DNA of 64,000 bases from Felis catus (Eukaryota), in assembly GCF_018350175.1 (NCBI RefSeq), contig NC_058368.1, positions 162,008,001 through 162,072,000 on the forward strand. The letters are read 5' to 3'. The notes under the pieces were generated by a model that worked only from the letters and a program-made list of their open reading frames with translations, searched no databases and was not told the origin of the DNA. Numbering within the stretch: position 1 is the first letter of the stretch; each line of letters begins with the position of its first letter. Positions 38,750 through 52,856 of this stretch are shown one piece after another. The position numbers were made by a program, and so were the translations under genes.

Positions 38750-38960
38750 AAATTTATTAAACACCTACCTATCAAGAACTTTATTAACCATTTTATATTT
38801 TTTATCTTATCTAATATGATTTTAAAAATGGGGTAAGTGCCCATTATTATTGCTGTTTAACAGATAAGGAAACTTAAAAATTGAGAGATTAAGCAAACTG
38901 TCTAAATTATTACAACTCTTAAAATTTAGAACTGAGATTTGAACCCAGCTGTCTCTGATT
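38750..38960 (-). mobile_element. MIR SINE, interrupted by a Can-SINE
   Basis: TTTAACAGATAAGGAAACTT...GAGAGATTAAGCAA...AGAACTGAGATTTGAACCCAG core. Confidence 0.7.
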
Positions 38961-38962
38961 TC

Positions 38963-39181
38963 TTTTTTTTTTTTTAATGTTTATTTATCTATTTTGAAAG
39001 AGAGAGAGTGTGCAACCAGGGACGGGACAGAGAGAGAGAGGAAGAAAAAAAGAATCTCAAGAAGGCTCCGCTTTGTCAGCCCGGAGTCTGATGCAGGACT
39101 TGATCTCAAGAACCATGAGATCATGACCTGAGTGGAAATCAAGAGTCCATTGCTTAACTGACTGAGCCATCCAGGCACCCC
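38963..39181 (-). mobile_element. Can-SINE in a MIR
   Basis: TSD AGCTGTCTCT(G/A)ATTTC (38947-38962 / 39182-39197). Confidence 0.92.
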
Positions 39182-39571
39182 AGCTGTCTCTAATTTCATG
39201 TTCTTACCATCTTTGCTTTGAATTCCAACCATTTTATTTCTCTCTTTTTTAACACTCTGACACATTGTTGGACGTACCCTGTATTCCAACACCATTTAAA
39301 AAAAAAATGTCTCTTTTCTTTATGACTCCTTTCAAAGCCTTTTGAACATGCTGTACTTCTGTGTCACTCATGTGTCTCTGACCATAATTTTACAAGTTAG
39401 ATCACATAATTACTCTATACTCACAATAAAAATGTGTGTGATGGTATTTATAGAAACCCATGTAGTTTTGAAATACAGTAGAGCTACCCTCTGTTAACTG
39501 TAATACATTTTGGTGAATACAGTATCCACAATGTCAGGAAAGCTATAGTGGAGTCTAAAGGTCTCATTGGG

Positions 39572-39810
39572 TGTATCAGTTTTTATGGCTGATTTGAAGA
39601 ACTACCATAAACTGAGTGGCCAAAACCAATTTTTTTTTCATAGATCTGGAAGTCAGAGTTGAAAATCTAAGTGCTTTCAGGGCCACATTCCTGCTGAAAG
39701 ATCTAGGGGAGTCCTTCCTTGACTAGAACCACTTCTGGTGGTTGTTGGCAACCCTGATTTTCTTGTCTAGCTGAATCATTCCAGTCTCTGCCTCGGCCTT
39801 AATGGTCTTT
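39572..39810 (-). mobile_element. MaLR LTR (MLT1) fragment
   Basis: TGTATCAGTTTT..TGGCTG...ACTACCATAAACTGAGTGGC...TCTGGAAGTCAGA...GGGCCACATTCC...CTTCTGGTGGTTG motifs. Confidence 0.7.
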
Positions 39811-41077
39811 ATAGCACCTTCTCAGGACTCCCAGAAGGCTCTTTCTACCTCTTGCTAGTCAGTGGTCCCCAAGGAGAACCACACCCCTCATATTTCTCAC
39901 TACATTAGTTTCAAATTATTATATAGACTCAAATGAATTTATACAAATTCATAGAATTCATATAGATAGTATTTATGATAAATGGAATCATAGTAAGACT
40001 GTCCACCAAACTCCAAAGATACAACTCTGTGATGATGGATAGCTGAGTAAGTTCAACTTGAGAGCCACACCAGACCATTGAAATCATGCACTGTAGGCGA
40101 CTATCCTTTCAAAACACTTGTATGACAGAGCCATTCAAAATGTGACATAAATTTTATGAGGAAGTAATATTGTAGGAAAAGCTACCAAGAATGTAGATTT
40201 TATTTATTTAACTATATTACTTGGATGTGTGAATTTTGGGAAAGAGAGAGGCACATTTGAACAAAATGAAATCATTTAACCTGCTGAAATGTAGTGGAAA
40301 GGTAAGATGGAAGTACTGATTCTAGGACTCCTGGTAACTCAGTGTATGAACTGAAACATGTTACTTTAATTTTGTGTCACTAAGTGCCCTAAAAGAGAAA
40401 ATAAATAATGAAGAATGAAGTTCTGCTATACCTAGATAAAAGCTTAAATAATATTAACTGATATAACACATGCTATATAAAATGTTAAGTACTACATAAT
40501 AATATTGGAATCAACTTGAATTTTTAAATTATTTTCCTAGTTAAAGATAAGGGCATCACCCCACCTTGTGTGGATTACTTTAAGTTAGTACTGTGTCAGA
40601 TTATATGAAAATCAGAGCTTGTGAATATAAACTACTTTTTTTTTTAAGGTAGATAGTTTAAGAATAGAAGTTTGAGGGGAACTTTCTCCTTGGGAAGGGT
40701 ATTTTTCTGTGCCTGATAGTAAATCAACCTAAATGTTAAAGTTCACATTGTCCAGGATATATGTAGTACCTTTAAATTGCTGAAACTCACATTTTTAAAT
40801 AGTTTTTTGGTACACTATATAGCTCTTCTTTTTAAAAAAAATATGGATGCAAATGTATAGAAGTGTGCTTTATAATTTCAAAGGCTAAGAAGTGCCAAAA
40901 CTCCCCAATTGTTCTTTAAACTCTATCCCTAATAGATTTCCTGGCACTTTGATGTCCTTGTAAGTTGTGGAAGAATGGAGAACTTCTTGCCTTGCCTCAC
41001 AGCTGGGCATATACACCAGGTCTGCAAGGAAGGGCTTATGCTGTTACCCTCAAGTGCTCATTGTGATGATTTTTACT

Positions 41078-41310
41078 TTGGAGTCAGACCCTGAATTTAA
41101 ATCCTGGCTCACCACTTAGTTGGCCATTGACCTTGGGCAATTTGATATATTTTTCTGTTTTATTTAGTATTATCATATGTAAAGAGGAGTATCTTAAAAA
41201 ATATCCCATAGAGTTGTTACAAGGATTGAATGAGTTAAGAGTGCTTGAACAGTATGTGAGAACTTGTAAGTATTTAACCAAAATAACTGAGTGATGATGA
41301 TGATGATAAT
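41078..41310 (+). mobile_element. MIR SINE
   Basis: TTTGGAGTCAGACCCTGAATTTAAATCCTGGCTCACCACTTA...TGACCTTGGGCAA...GAGTTGTTACAAGGATTGAATGAGTTAA. Confidence 0.8.
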
Positions 41311-42499
41311 TGTAATCTGCTGTCTAAACTTTTTGTACTACCACACGTTGTGACAAGGAGATAAAGATTATAGTTAATATGTACTATTTGCCCAGATAAT
41401 GATAGAGACCAGAGCTAGGAAAGTAAACAAGCTATGTACAGTCATGTGACAGGAGATAAGCCCAACATTGGAGATGAAATGGTAGATAAAATAAGAGAGT
41501 AAAACAATGAGTCAGCCATATAGTATCTATAAAGGAGGTATATGTGATATAACATGAACACACTGCATGATAATCCCTTTTGCATGTCCTATTCTCACCT
41601 CTGATCTCATAGGTATAAACTATGAATCTTCTAAAATTTGTTGAATTATGTTGATTTTCATGCATGGGCCACAAATTCTTACTGATGTGTTCATTCCTAG
41701 GAGTATATTTCCATGTTTTCCATATTTCTATCACCCTACAACTTTATCTCAACTTAGGCCTAGGTCCCTTAGCAAGTGGGTGAATCCTGTAGTTTTTATA
41801 AAGTTTAGATAAAGTCAGTATCATGTGAGAATGTCATTCATGACTGTGAGAACCTGCAGAAGACCCTCCTTTCTAAATTAGTGCAACCTTGAAATAAAAA
41901 TGATAGGGATTATAATAATATTTTAATGATTAGGGATTGAACTGTTGACCCTAAATCTTTGCAGGATCTTCTTGAACTGAAACCTGTCTCTTTCAGGAAA
42001 AAGATAAATATAGTTCAGCACTTCCTCTCACATCCCTGGGAGCAAAGCAGTGGATCTCCATAGGGTCTTTTGAGCACAACAGGGTGGCAGAATTCATTCT
42101 CCCATGAATAGGGGGCAAAGGGTACTGACTGAATGTAGTCTCAAAAGCCACTATAGAAAACATGCCTTTAAAAAGATGTTGACCAAGCACAGAAGGAATG
42201 AGTAGGATATAGCATGATGGATGGAAATGTAATAAGGAGAATAATGACCTATTACAACCAACTGATGATGCCATAGAGTTCAGTGAATACAGCTGTTCCA
42301 TTCTCTCTCACTGCTCGCTAATTGTAGTACAATTACTACCATTACAAAATCAAAAATCGAAGAGTGAACACCGCTTTATGATTTAAACATGGAATATGTT
42401 ATGTTAATGAATTTTTTGTAACAAGCTATATGCTTAACTAAATTCATAAAGTAGTTAATACCCAGAAAGTACTGAATATGTGAAAAGTATCATTCCAGT

Positions 42500-42635
42500 T
42501 TTTCAAGTGCTGCACATATTGACTAATGCTCAAAACAAGTCTGCAAAGTAGTGCAATTTATCCTTATTTTACAGATGAAGAACTGAGGCACAGAGAAATT
42601 AAGTTGATTTGCCCATAGGAAGTCAACTCTAAGAT
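42500..42635 (-). mobile_element. MIR SINE fragment
   Basis: TTATCCTTATTTTACAGATGAAGAACTGAGGCACAGAGAAATTAAG core. Confidence 0.75.
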
Positions 42636-43883
42636 CTGATCACTGACTCTTCATGGTGACTCATGCTTTTTTCCCATCCACCCGCCCACCACAAATCCAA
42701 ATAGATATGTAAGTGCAGCAAGGAACTTATATTACACTGATAAGAAGCCTAGAGGTAACAAGACTCCTGAGGAAACTGAACCACTAATGAGTCATCTGTG
42801 AATAAACTGTGAATTTCTTTTTTTAGTGTCTTTTTCAATCTGGCATCTTTCACAACCACTAAATGAATTTTCAAAAACAACAAATAGTGAACATAATAAA
42901 GCCCGTAGCAAGCTTTTGTTTATTTGCCTTTGAAGCTGTAGCTATAAATTTACACATATATCCTTGAGCAACTGAATTTGTAATTCCAGCCAATACGGAT
43001 GATAAATTTTCAAAATGTTTAGGGACCCCTGCAAATATCTACATACTTCTGTAGCAAGTTAGTGCTATCTCCAACTGCACACCCACTGAGCTTCTGGAGC
43101 TACTGTCTGGACAGAGAGCCTCTGATGATCAGGCTACACCATAATATCATCCCTGATCATGTAGGTCTCCACACACGTAAAGTACTTCATTTTTGAAGTG
43201 AAAATAATTTTTCTGCACACCATACAAGGTTGTGATTTCCTCTCAGAAATACTGAAGAACCAATGTGGACAAAAATGAGATATTCATTTTGGTCACTACT
43301 TAATGAGCTAACAGAGAACATTATGAGTTTGCTATGACACTGGTTATATCCTGTCTTGGAATACAGGCATGCATATATATACTCTGTTTTACCTTTTAGA
43401 AGACAGTGACTTTGTTTGATTCATGTCTATTTTTCTTAACATAGTTACTTACTACACAGTCTGGCTCAGAGTAATCATCCAATAATATCTGAATGAAACA
43501 AATATCAAAAAGAAGACCAGGATGGGCAGATATTAAAATGTATGATCCAGGCATACCATATTGCAGCAGCAGAAAACCAAAAATAAACACAAAATCTAGG
43601 AAGAAGCCAGGAGTTGGGGAGCGGGTGGGGAACTTACCTATAGAGGAACAAAGATATAAATTACTTTGGACCTCTCTTTAAAATACTTGCAAGCAAGAGG
43701 AGAGGTGGAGGAAAACATTTGAAGTGTTGAAAGAAAAAGTCTAGCACAACAGAATTCTGTATCCAGCGTAATTATCTTTCCAAACTGGAGAGGGAAAAAG
43801 TCTTCCTAAAACAAATTGAAAAAATGAGAGAATTAGTCACCAGTGAAGCGATATTGCAAGTAAAATCAAAATAAATTGTTCAA

Positions 43884-44092
43884 GGGAGCCTGGGTGGCTC
43901 ACTCAGTTAAGGGTCTGACTCTTGGTTTTGGCTCAAGTCATGATCTCGCCGTTTGTGAGTTCTAGCCCCAGCAGTGAGGAGCCTGCTTAGGTTTCGCGCT
44001 CTCTCTCTCTCTCTCTCTCTTTCTCTGCCCTTCCTTTACTCATCTAATCTATGTCTCTGTCTCTCTCTCAAAATAAATAAGTATTAAAAAAA
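43884..44092 (+). mobile_element. Can-SINE in L1
   Basis: Head with an internal deletion, (CT)n, AATAAA tail. Confidence 0.88.
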
Positions 44093-44834
44093 TCCTTCAG
44101 GAAGAAGGAAAATGATTTGTTGGAAAATCAGATCTATGCTTGGGGAGAGATGAAAACAAAGGAAAAAGGGTAGGCTGCTACTGATATAGCTCTATAAGAC
44201 TGAGAGAAGACATACAAAAGCTGTGGTTTCTCCACCAGGTTGGAGAAAGAGTGAAGGAGAGCATTCCTCCAATGTCCCCAGCATTTTGGTGTGCTGACAG
44301 TCTAGTAAATTTATTTCCCCAACTGGAGCAATGGAACTCTCATAGTTTCATAGGAGAAACTAAGAATAAAGGAAAAGGAGCAGGCAATCTGCTGAGCCCA
44401 ACATGGTTCAATAAATTTAGGGGAAGGAACAGAGCTTGAGGCTTCTCCATAGGAAAGGGGGTAGAAGAGTGGAATATGTCTCCAAAGTCCTGGCCTGTGT
44501 TACAGCAGTGAGAGACCCCAGAGAGAGAGAGCAGGAGATTCTAAGCTCCTGAAAATAAGAGTATATACTCTCTAATTAGGAATCTACACAGACAAGTCCA
44601 GAGAAGACACCTTTTCCATAGAAAAGGTTGAGAGGCTCCTAGAATATCTAGCTATGCTGATTAATGAAGGTTTTCTTTGTCAAAGCCAGTCTATAAAAGC
44701 CAAGAGAAGTGGCTGTTTCTCCAAATGCAGACACCTATGCAAAGCTTCAAGGAACTCAAAGAATAGGAAAATGGGACATAATCAACAGAACAAAATAAAT
44801 TTCCAGTAACTGACCCTAAAGAAATGGAGATTGA

Positions 44835-45039
44835 GGAATGATATCATCATCATGGTGGAATAAGCTGGGAGATGCAAGGAAGGATCCTCCCCTTGAGGTT
44901 TCAGTGGAAACAAAGCCCTGGCAACACCTTGAATATAAGCGTCTACCATCCATCCCAAACTATGAGAAAATACATTTCTGTTGTTTGAAGCTATCCAGTT
45001 TGTAGTAATTTGTTATGGCAGACCTGGAAAGCTAATACA
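44835..45039 (+). mobile_element. MaLR LTR (MLT1) 3' half
   Basis: GCCCTGGCAACACCTTGA...AACTATGAGAAAATACATTTCTGTTGTTTGAAGC...GTTTGTAGTAATTTGTTATGGCAG...CTAATACA end. Confidence 0.8.
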
Positions 45040-47489
45040 GTATATTTAACTAATGAGAAAAGTAGAAGAAACAATTCCCACCTCGTTCTGTAATGCCAGC
45101 CTTACGATAATAGCTGTAATCAGTAATCAGCTGAAGACATGACAAAGAAAATTGTTGACCAATAATTTCATGAACACAGACCCCCAAATCCTAATTAATA
45201 TTTGAAAATAAGGCCAACATTTTAAGAAAATAATTAGATACCATAACCAAGTCAGATTTATGTCAGGGAGCAAGGAAGATTCAACAATCCAAAAAATCAA
45301 TCAATGTAATTTACTACATCAACTGGCTGGAGAGAAAAATGATATAATCATGCCAATTGATGCAGAAAAGTCACTTAACAAAATTCAACACACATTCCTG
45401 ACAAAAACCCAGCAAACTACAAATAAAGAGAAATTTGTTCCATTGTTAAAGAATGTACCACAGTAATGTAAGATATTAAAATAGAAATGGCAAGGGAGGA
45501 ACAAAAGTATATATGTACACCCCATGGTATCTGCTCAGTTTTTCTGTAAGCATAAAAATGTTCTAAAAAATGAAGTTTGTCAATAAAAACATTAAGGAAA
45601 ACCTGTTCACTGTGCGCCTATTCAAAAATGATACATTGGACATTCATTTGTCAAATACTCTGGTATATCTTTCAATAAACATTTATCTCAATGTCTCTCC
45701 AACTTTTTTGACAATAATACATTTCTTTTGACAGAATGCCCATTTATATCAAGGATAGTATTATACCATACAATACATACTGAAGCATTATGTTTTTCTT
45801 TACTCACATTCACATATTCCTAGGTAGAACCACCAGCCTCATGATAAATAAGAAAGAGGAAGTATCCTTTTTATTTTCACTCAAGCATCTTGCCAAGTGA
45901 AGTATTTCTACATGCAGTTATTCTTCCAATGGTTACTGACATTCCAGAGTCAATAGCTGTTCCAAGACCTGTGTAATCATTCCTCTTGCTCCTTTGTCTA
46001 CATTTTTTTCTTTTTTTAGTTTCTAAAGTGCCACTTTTAATTACTATTTACTGATGGTCCTGTATTTACTTATATTTCTGTCTCTTTGTAATCTGATACC
46101 TGTTCAATATCATAGTAAACGGAGTAGTATCATGACTCTGAAACCCTTCAACTCATTAGCAGTGGTATGAGTTCATATATAAAGCTACTTGAATTTAGTG
46201 CTATTATTCAGGCCCACTTCTTACCTTCAGACCTATCTACAACCTTATGAAGAGGTAACTTGTATACTGCTTGTATCCCTGTAGAACTTCTAACATCATT
46301 CTAGTAATCCATGCAGAATGCTTCTCTCTTAATCTCCAGCCCACTGTCTACATGTAAAAGGCCTGGCTTAAATAATCAATTTTCTCATATATTTTCAGTG
46401 TCAGAATTTTCTTCCAGTATGCTTAGTAAGACATTCTATCACTTTTGTATAAATGAGTTACTCTTACACCATGAATTTTCTCCTAGGGTAACTGCGTACA
46501 TTTTGACACAGGCATGTATTGACTAGGTTTCCTTTCATTTTAATGTCAAAATTTATTGATCCAGGAGAATTGAGAGCTTAATCACTGTTAGGATTGAAAC
46601 CAATCTTAGTTATTATAATTAGAGTACTCTAGTCCCTAGTGAGCATGTTGTCATACTACTATTGCTGTCAAACTTAACTGAACAGCTTCTCCAACATTTC
46701 AAGACTGCATACTAAGTTGATCTTTAACAACTGAGACATTAAAAATAAAAAAAAGGAAAGAAATAAACAAGGAAAGAAAGAAATACACTGTCTTTTCATT
46801 TGAATGAACACATTCAAATTATCTGGGGACTCGCCCTGGTGATTGGAGAAGGAAATTGACTAACCAAATATCTAAATTGAGGATATAGAGGAGTATGTAT
46901 AATTAAAGGAAACAAGAAGAGCAATACCATTCAGAACCATCCAATACAATATAATTGTACCCAGTCCTCTCCTTCATGTGCCTACTTCAGAATTTCACTT
47001 TCTTATATTATTTAGTTTCAGTAAGTATGTGTTAGGTAATGGCTAATTAACTTCGGGCAGAAACAACCCTCTTAAAGCAGCTAGTTGTGTAATAGTTTTG
47101 TCTTTTCATGTGGGTCGCTCACTCCAAAAATAAATGTAGACACGAGTGGATATAAAAGAAAGAATATCATACTAAGATCATTGTGGAAATCATACCTAAA
47201 TGATAATAAATTTGACCTTTTCTAACATTTCCAAGATAATGATCTTTTTTCTAAGATGGATTTCCTTAGTTTAAGTCACACTGTAAACACTCTTTCTCAC
47301 CAACACCACTTGTACAATGAACTTTTAAAAGTGGCCCATGCTATTAGCAATTTTCCCAAATATTTAATCACCCTCATTACCATCATATTTAACTCTTACT
47401 GACTTTTCCCATTTCTGTTTTATTAAACTCTTCTTCTTCTTTTTATTTTGATTACAGCTGCCAGTGTGTTCTAATTTTTGAAAAAAAAA

Positions 47490-47688
47490 ATTTTAACATT
47501 TATTCATTTTGAGAGAAAGAGTGTAAACAGAGGAGGGTCAGAGAGAGAAGGAGACACAGAATCTGAAGCGGGTTCCAGGCTCCAAGCTGTCAGCACAGAG
47601 CCCGATGCAAGGCTCGAACCCATGAACCACGAGATCATGACCGGGGAGGAAGTCAGATGCCTAAACGACTGAGCCATCCAGGCACCCC
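47490..47688 (-). mobile_element. Can-SINE
   Basis: TSD-like TAAT(T/A)TTTGAAAAA. Confidence 0.9.
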
Positions 47689-49209
47689 TAATATTTGAAA
47701 AATTTTGAGATAAAATTATCATCTTCTTGTTAACAGCTGTATTCTCTTCACATCCATTTGAGAAAGACGAATAGAGACTGTTACCATTTTTGAGATTGCT
47801 CAACACAACTTAAGAAATGTACAGATGGCTGAATCAAAATAAATAGTCGAAATAGGAACAATAATCTCACAGGAAACTTATGTACTCTGAATGCTTTATA
47901 AGTGTTTTTATATCCATCTTCTCCATCCATCTTCTTTATCTTGATAGCAATACAAAGAAATGGAAATATGTGAGAACTAAGTAAATTTTTTCATGAACAC
48001 ACATAGCTAATTAGAAGCAAAATAAGCATTATAAAAAAGATCTTTGTTTCTTTTACAATTGTAAACACTAGTTCAAAAGTGTATATTCTTTTTTTACTGG
48101 AATCAACAATTTTCCAAAATACAATAAAAATTTGTCACAAAAAGGGCTATAAAACTCTAAGAGGAATAAATATTATGTCTACAATATGAACCCACTAGCT
48201 CAATTTTAAGAGAACTTACTCAACTGAAAATTGGTAGAGGCACATTTTTAAGTCAGAGAAACTAGACTCATAGATTTAAATTTAGGAGGCAATTTACTCA
48301 GTGATTAGTGAGATCATTTGATTAAAATCCATAATTATGTTTTTTAATCCAATTTTGTAATAATGGATCAACTTGATCAATATCCCTTTGATGTTTCTTT
48401 TTGGCTTTAGGTTTTTAGGTGACTTTATCCTTTTCCTAATGTAATATAAAAAAAGTAATTTCTATAGTTAGGCTCTCAAAGTAGATTTATTCTTATCAGA
48501 TAAAAATTTTCTTTAATTTGAATAGATTTTATATTTAGAATTTTCATAGCAAGAACTACAGCAGAGAGAAATATTCACAGCACCATTCCAGGCTCAAGAG
48601 AAATATCATAATTAAGTGTATATGTTAGGCCTGTAAAGGCCTCATTATATCACCTGTAACACAGATAGCTACATTGCCAGTTACAGCTCACCTTGGAAAT
48701 TTAGTCATTTGCATAATAGTGAATTGTAGTATATGACCCTGAGGGGGAACTGAAACTAAAATGGCCTCTTCCAATTCACCAGAGAGAGTCAGCTCTTCTG
48801 TCCGTTTGGGCTGGCTTGACTGCCTGTGATCCCTCTAGATCACATTAAAATGCTTGAAGCATATTGCTTATTTCTGTGCGGTGAACATGATCAAAGCCAG
48901 TTCCATGGTCCACATTGCTTTCTCACTCTTGGGTCTCCCTCATCTGTCTAAGATACCTTTATCAATCTTTTGCAGTTGGATTCACTCTGCTAAAGCTGTT
49001 TCTATCATAAGTGTCCATAAGTTATTTAGAAATAATTATTATTGTAGTAACGTAATCATTGTAGAGATTATTTTAGGCTTTTTATTTGGCTCTGAAGAAT
49101 AGAACAGTGTTTGAAGAGTCCAGAAAAAAGTATTTTGCTTTGGCACAACACAATAAGAAACCTCCATGGATTTCTGAGGAGGACTGAAAACCATTTGGGG
49201 AAAAAACCT

Positions 49210-49241
49210 CAACCAACCAACCAACCAACCAACCAACCAAC
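49210..49241. repeat. (CCAA)n microsatellite
   Basis: Directly visible. Confidence 0.9.
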
Positions 49242-51022
49242 TAACGTCTGTATCTCAGTCTCACGCGCTTTTTTTTTTCTTCCTCTAAATTTCTTCACCT
49301 GTAAAATGACTCTGACATCTAAATCTTCCCTGCAGTGACTTTGTGAGGTATGACTTATGATGCTAAATCATGCTGAAAAAGAAAAACAAAGCTTTATATT
49401 TAGAAGTTGTGACAATAAGACAAGTATATTAGCGATGCCTTTGAACAAAATCACACATTCGCACTTTTATATTCTGGATTATGGCCTGTCTCTTCTAAGC
49501 ATGTATAGAATTTCCCCAAATGAAGGCATGTTCTTATGCCCCTAATATAACCATGATGAAGCTTATCTTGTTTTTCAGTTTCACAAAGGGGAAAACAACA
49601 TTCCTTTGCTTCATTAATTTAAAAATAGGACTACAGAAGTTGAATTACCTGACAGATGAGGGAAGAATTACAGGATACTCTGCAGATGTCAATTAGAAAT
49701 ATTTGGCACAATGCTATTTCCTGCTAATGCAAAACGCTAGAACTGGAGAAGACCAAAATTAAACTCTGAAGGTTTGAAGAACGATTAGAAACTTTTAAGT
49801 GAAATGCTTGATGGAAAAAACATCTGTGACAAGATTACTTGGCTACTTAAACACATGTAAGGGAAATACTGTTTACCTGGAAAATGTTAATTTTATTTGC
49901 ATTAGCAGGAAGAGACAGAGGATGCTTACAACAATAGAATTTATAAGCAAAAAGCAATTTTTATTCTGGATGAGAGGCCTTTTATCATTCTGATCCATAA
50001 CAAAGTCATTTGCACCCTAATAAGATTTTCTCAAGGACTTTCAAGAAATAAGAATAGCATACATTCATGATGCTTTTTAAAAAGTTACTCATCAGATCAT
50101 ATATATATTTTTCATCTTGTGGGCTCTTTTCACTTTAAAATCTTACCTCATCTTTTCCTGTTTTCTTATGAAAAATGTTAGTTTTTTTAATTTTATAATC
50201 TTTCCGGTGTTGTTATTAAATATTTATATTGGTTCATCACCTAATAATCATTATGTACTCAAGCCAACAGGTAAAATGAACAAAAAACAAACATATAAAC
50301 AATAAATAAATAGAAATTTCTAAGAAGTGATAGATATATGTTTAAAAGTCAGAATTTCCTAACACTGTGCATTGTGAGATTAGGTTGATTTGCAAATATA
50401 TCTTATTGCATACCATTGTTCTTACTCCACTGTGCCCTCTTGCTCTCTCTCACCCCTCTATCATCTATCTAATCTGCGTATTTTCAGAATTTGAGTCAGT
50501 CACAGCAAAGAGACTTTAGTGAAATTGTGTGTGTGGATAGGTGGGTTAGGGAGAAAAGATCAGATAATGCAGATGGCTGGCCTAGATGGGATCATTTATG
50601 TCCCTGCAAGGTCACATCTTTGCAGTTGACATAAAGCATTAGGGAAACCTGAGCATCACTATCACAACAGTAAGAAAAATGCCATATAAAGGAATACAAA
50701 CATTATGGAGTGTTTTATTTTCAGCTCAGAGGTATAGGGTGAAATCGCTTATTTCCCATTAGATAGCATAGCGGCCATGTACAGAGACAAACTTGTGAAA
50801 ATTAATTTATTCCACCTCACATATTAGATTGTTATTTAGCTATTTTACTTTGAATGTATACCCTACATGTAGCCTGAATGCCACACGTCATCAGAGTCGT
50901 CCATAGATTTCCCTTTGTAAGAAAGAAAATAACAGAGAAACTAAAACACAAAACTTACAAATCAAAAAAACTTAATGCTGAGCAAAATAAACTTAGTTGT
51001 TTCCATTAAAAATTGTTTTTTT

Positions 51023-51193
51023 AGGGGCACCTGGATAGCTCAGTTGGTTAAGTGTCTAACTTCGGCTCAGGTCATGATCTCACCATTCGTGAGTTTGAGC
51101 CCCATGTCCAGGCTCTGGACTGACAGCTCAGAGCCTGAAGCCTGCTTCAGATTCTGTGTCTCCCTCACATTCTGCCCCTCCCCCACTCATGCT

Positions 51194-51231
<38 letters not shown>

Positions 51232-51250
51232 AATAAACATAATTTTTTAA
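51023..51250 (+). mobile_element. Can-SINE
   Basis: Head, (CT)n, AATAAA. Confidence 0.92.
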
Positions 51251-51282
51251 ATTATTTTTTTAATTATTCTTAAAAGGACACC

Positions 51283-51712
51283 TACATTAATTTCCCAGGG
51301 CTGCTGTAACAAAGTATCATAAATTGGATGGCATTGAACAACAGAAATTTATTGTCTCAATAAATCAAGGGCCGTGAGGGACGTGTCCCTCTGAAGGCAC
51401 TAGGGAAGGATACTTTCTTGCCTCTTTAGCTTCTGATAGTCTCACATGTTCCTTAGCTTATGGCAACATGACTCCAATACTCATATAGCATATAGCATTC
51501 TGTCTTTTCACATAATCTTTGTGCATGTCTGCTTTAGTGTCCACATTTACCTTTTTTTATAAGGACATAGTCATTTGTGTTAGGGCCCACTTTAATAATC
51601 TCATCCTAACTTGATCATCTGTGAAGATCTTATTTCAAAATAAAGTTACAGTCAGAGGTACTGAGGATTAGGACTTTAGCATCTTTGGGGAAATATAATT
51701 CAACCCATAAAA
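51283..51712 (-). mobile_element. MaLR LTR (MLT1A-C-like)
   Basis: GGGCTGCTGTAACAAAGTATCATAAA.TGGATGGC...ACAACAGAAATTTATTGTCTC ... ATAATTCAACCCATAA. Confidence 0.85.
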
Positions 51713-52426
51713 CCTTCCAAAAGCCAGTGGTGTGAGATCCCTTTCTTAGAGTTACATCCTACATTCATTTAGTTATTCATTCAGTTCAGTGCATACTCGT
51801 TTGAGTGTAGCAGTTTCAGAAAATGTGCACATTTTAATAGTTGTAGTTATCTTTCGAAAAGGTATTCACTGTATTCTTTCATAAAATCATACAAACATTT
51901 ATAAATACTCTAATCCGTTCTGGTGGCTTTTCTAATCTATAATCCCTTCTTCTGAGCATCAAGTTATCATCCCCCTTTGGTGGGTCAGTGTGAAGATAGG
52001 CAGAAGTTGTGTTGTTGACATGAGTGTGGCCCACATTTCTTCTTCATCTGGCATTCTTTCACCCACAGCAAACACTGACACTTCTACCAACCCCTGTATT
52101 TCCCTCTGCTAATTGGCCCAAACAACTCATGTTAGCCCTCTACCTATCATGGCGACCTCCTCCCTTCTAAATCCCTACTATTTCACTGCCATCAGCACAG
52201 ATGTTAAAGAAAAAAATAAAAACAAATTAATGCACACTGAGATTTGAATGACTGATAATTCCAAGAATCTACTCCTGCATCTCTGTTGAACCCAATATAT
52301 TTCCTATTAGAAGATTTTTAAAACTACTTTAGAGAAATTTCAGGCTTAGGAAAACTTCTCTTAAACTATATCATTTCATGAATCAATCTCTCAATATAAT
52401 TCATTCCAGAGAGAGAAAAAGGACAA

Positions 52427-52632
52427 GGGGCACCTGGGTGCCTCAGTCGGTTAAGCATTTGACTTTGGCTCAGGTCATGATCTCACAGTTCATGAGTTTG
52501 AGCCCTAAATTGGGCTTTCTTCTGTCAGCACAGAGCCTGCTTCAACTCCTCTATCTGCCCCCACCCCCCACCATCTGCTCACTCTCTCTTTCTCAAAAAT
52601 AAATGAGCATTTTAAAAAAATTAAAAAAATAA
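52427..52632 (+). mobile_element. Can-SINE
   Basis: Head, A tail, TSD-like AAA(A/T)GGACAA. Confidence 0.9.
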
Positions 52633-52856
52633 ATCTTAGAAAATGGACAAAAGTATGGAGAACAGATAACTCAGTCATGATCTAACTCACTAAGGTTGTC
52701 TTCAGCTGATTCTAGTATGGGAAAGGGGTATTTTTAGCTTTCCAAAAAATATTCATTATTGTTGCTTACCTTAAAAGGAAGCCATTTATGCCCAAAATAG
52801 AATTAAATCACAATACGGCAAGCTTTATATTAAGAATTTGTCACAAGAAAAGAATT

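Larger units (their letters stand above)
43500..45595 (+). mobile_element. Mosaic of L1 fragments (ORF1 pieces, 5' region, ORF2 RT piece, 3' end)
   Basis: ORF1-like FEVLKEK...RILYPA*LSF at ~43717-43790, an ORF1 N-terminal-like EQNKFPVTDPKEMEI at ~44788-44835, and ORF2-like IMPIDAEKSLNKIQHTFLTKT (ORF 45260..45466; L1 consensus IISIDAEKAFDKIQHPFMIKT). Confidence 0.8.

Noticed and set aside
39812..40160. Possible ancient DNA-transposon fragment (CAGTGGTCCCCAA-like end)
   Set aside because: I could not identify both termini, a TSD or the family with any confidence.
46226..46282. 54-nt minus-strand exon-like segment ending in GTAAGA
   Set aside because: Weak acceptor, and the sequence resembles a MIR remnant.
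48700..48722. Octamer ATTTGCAT with Sox-like flank
   Set aside because: The Sox half is imperfect and ATTTGCAT recurs several times in this AT-rich window, so chance is a sufficient explanation.
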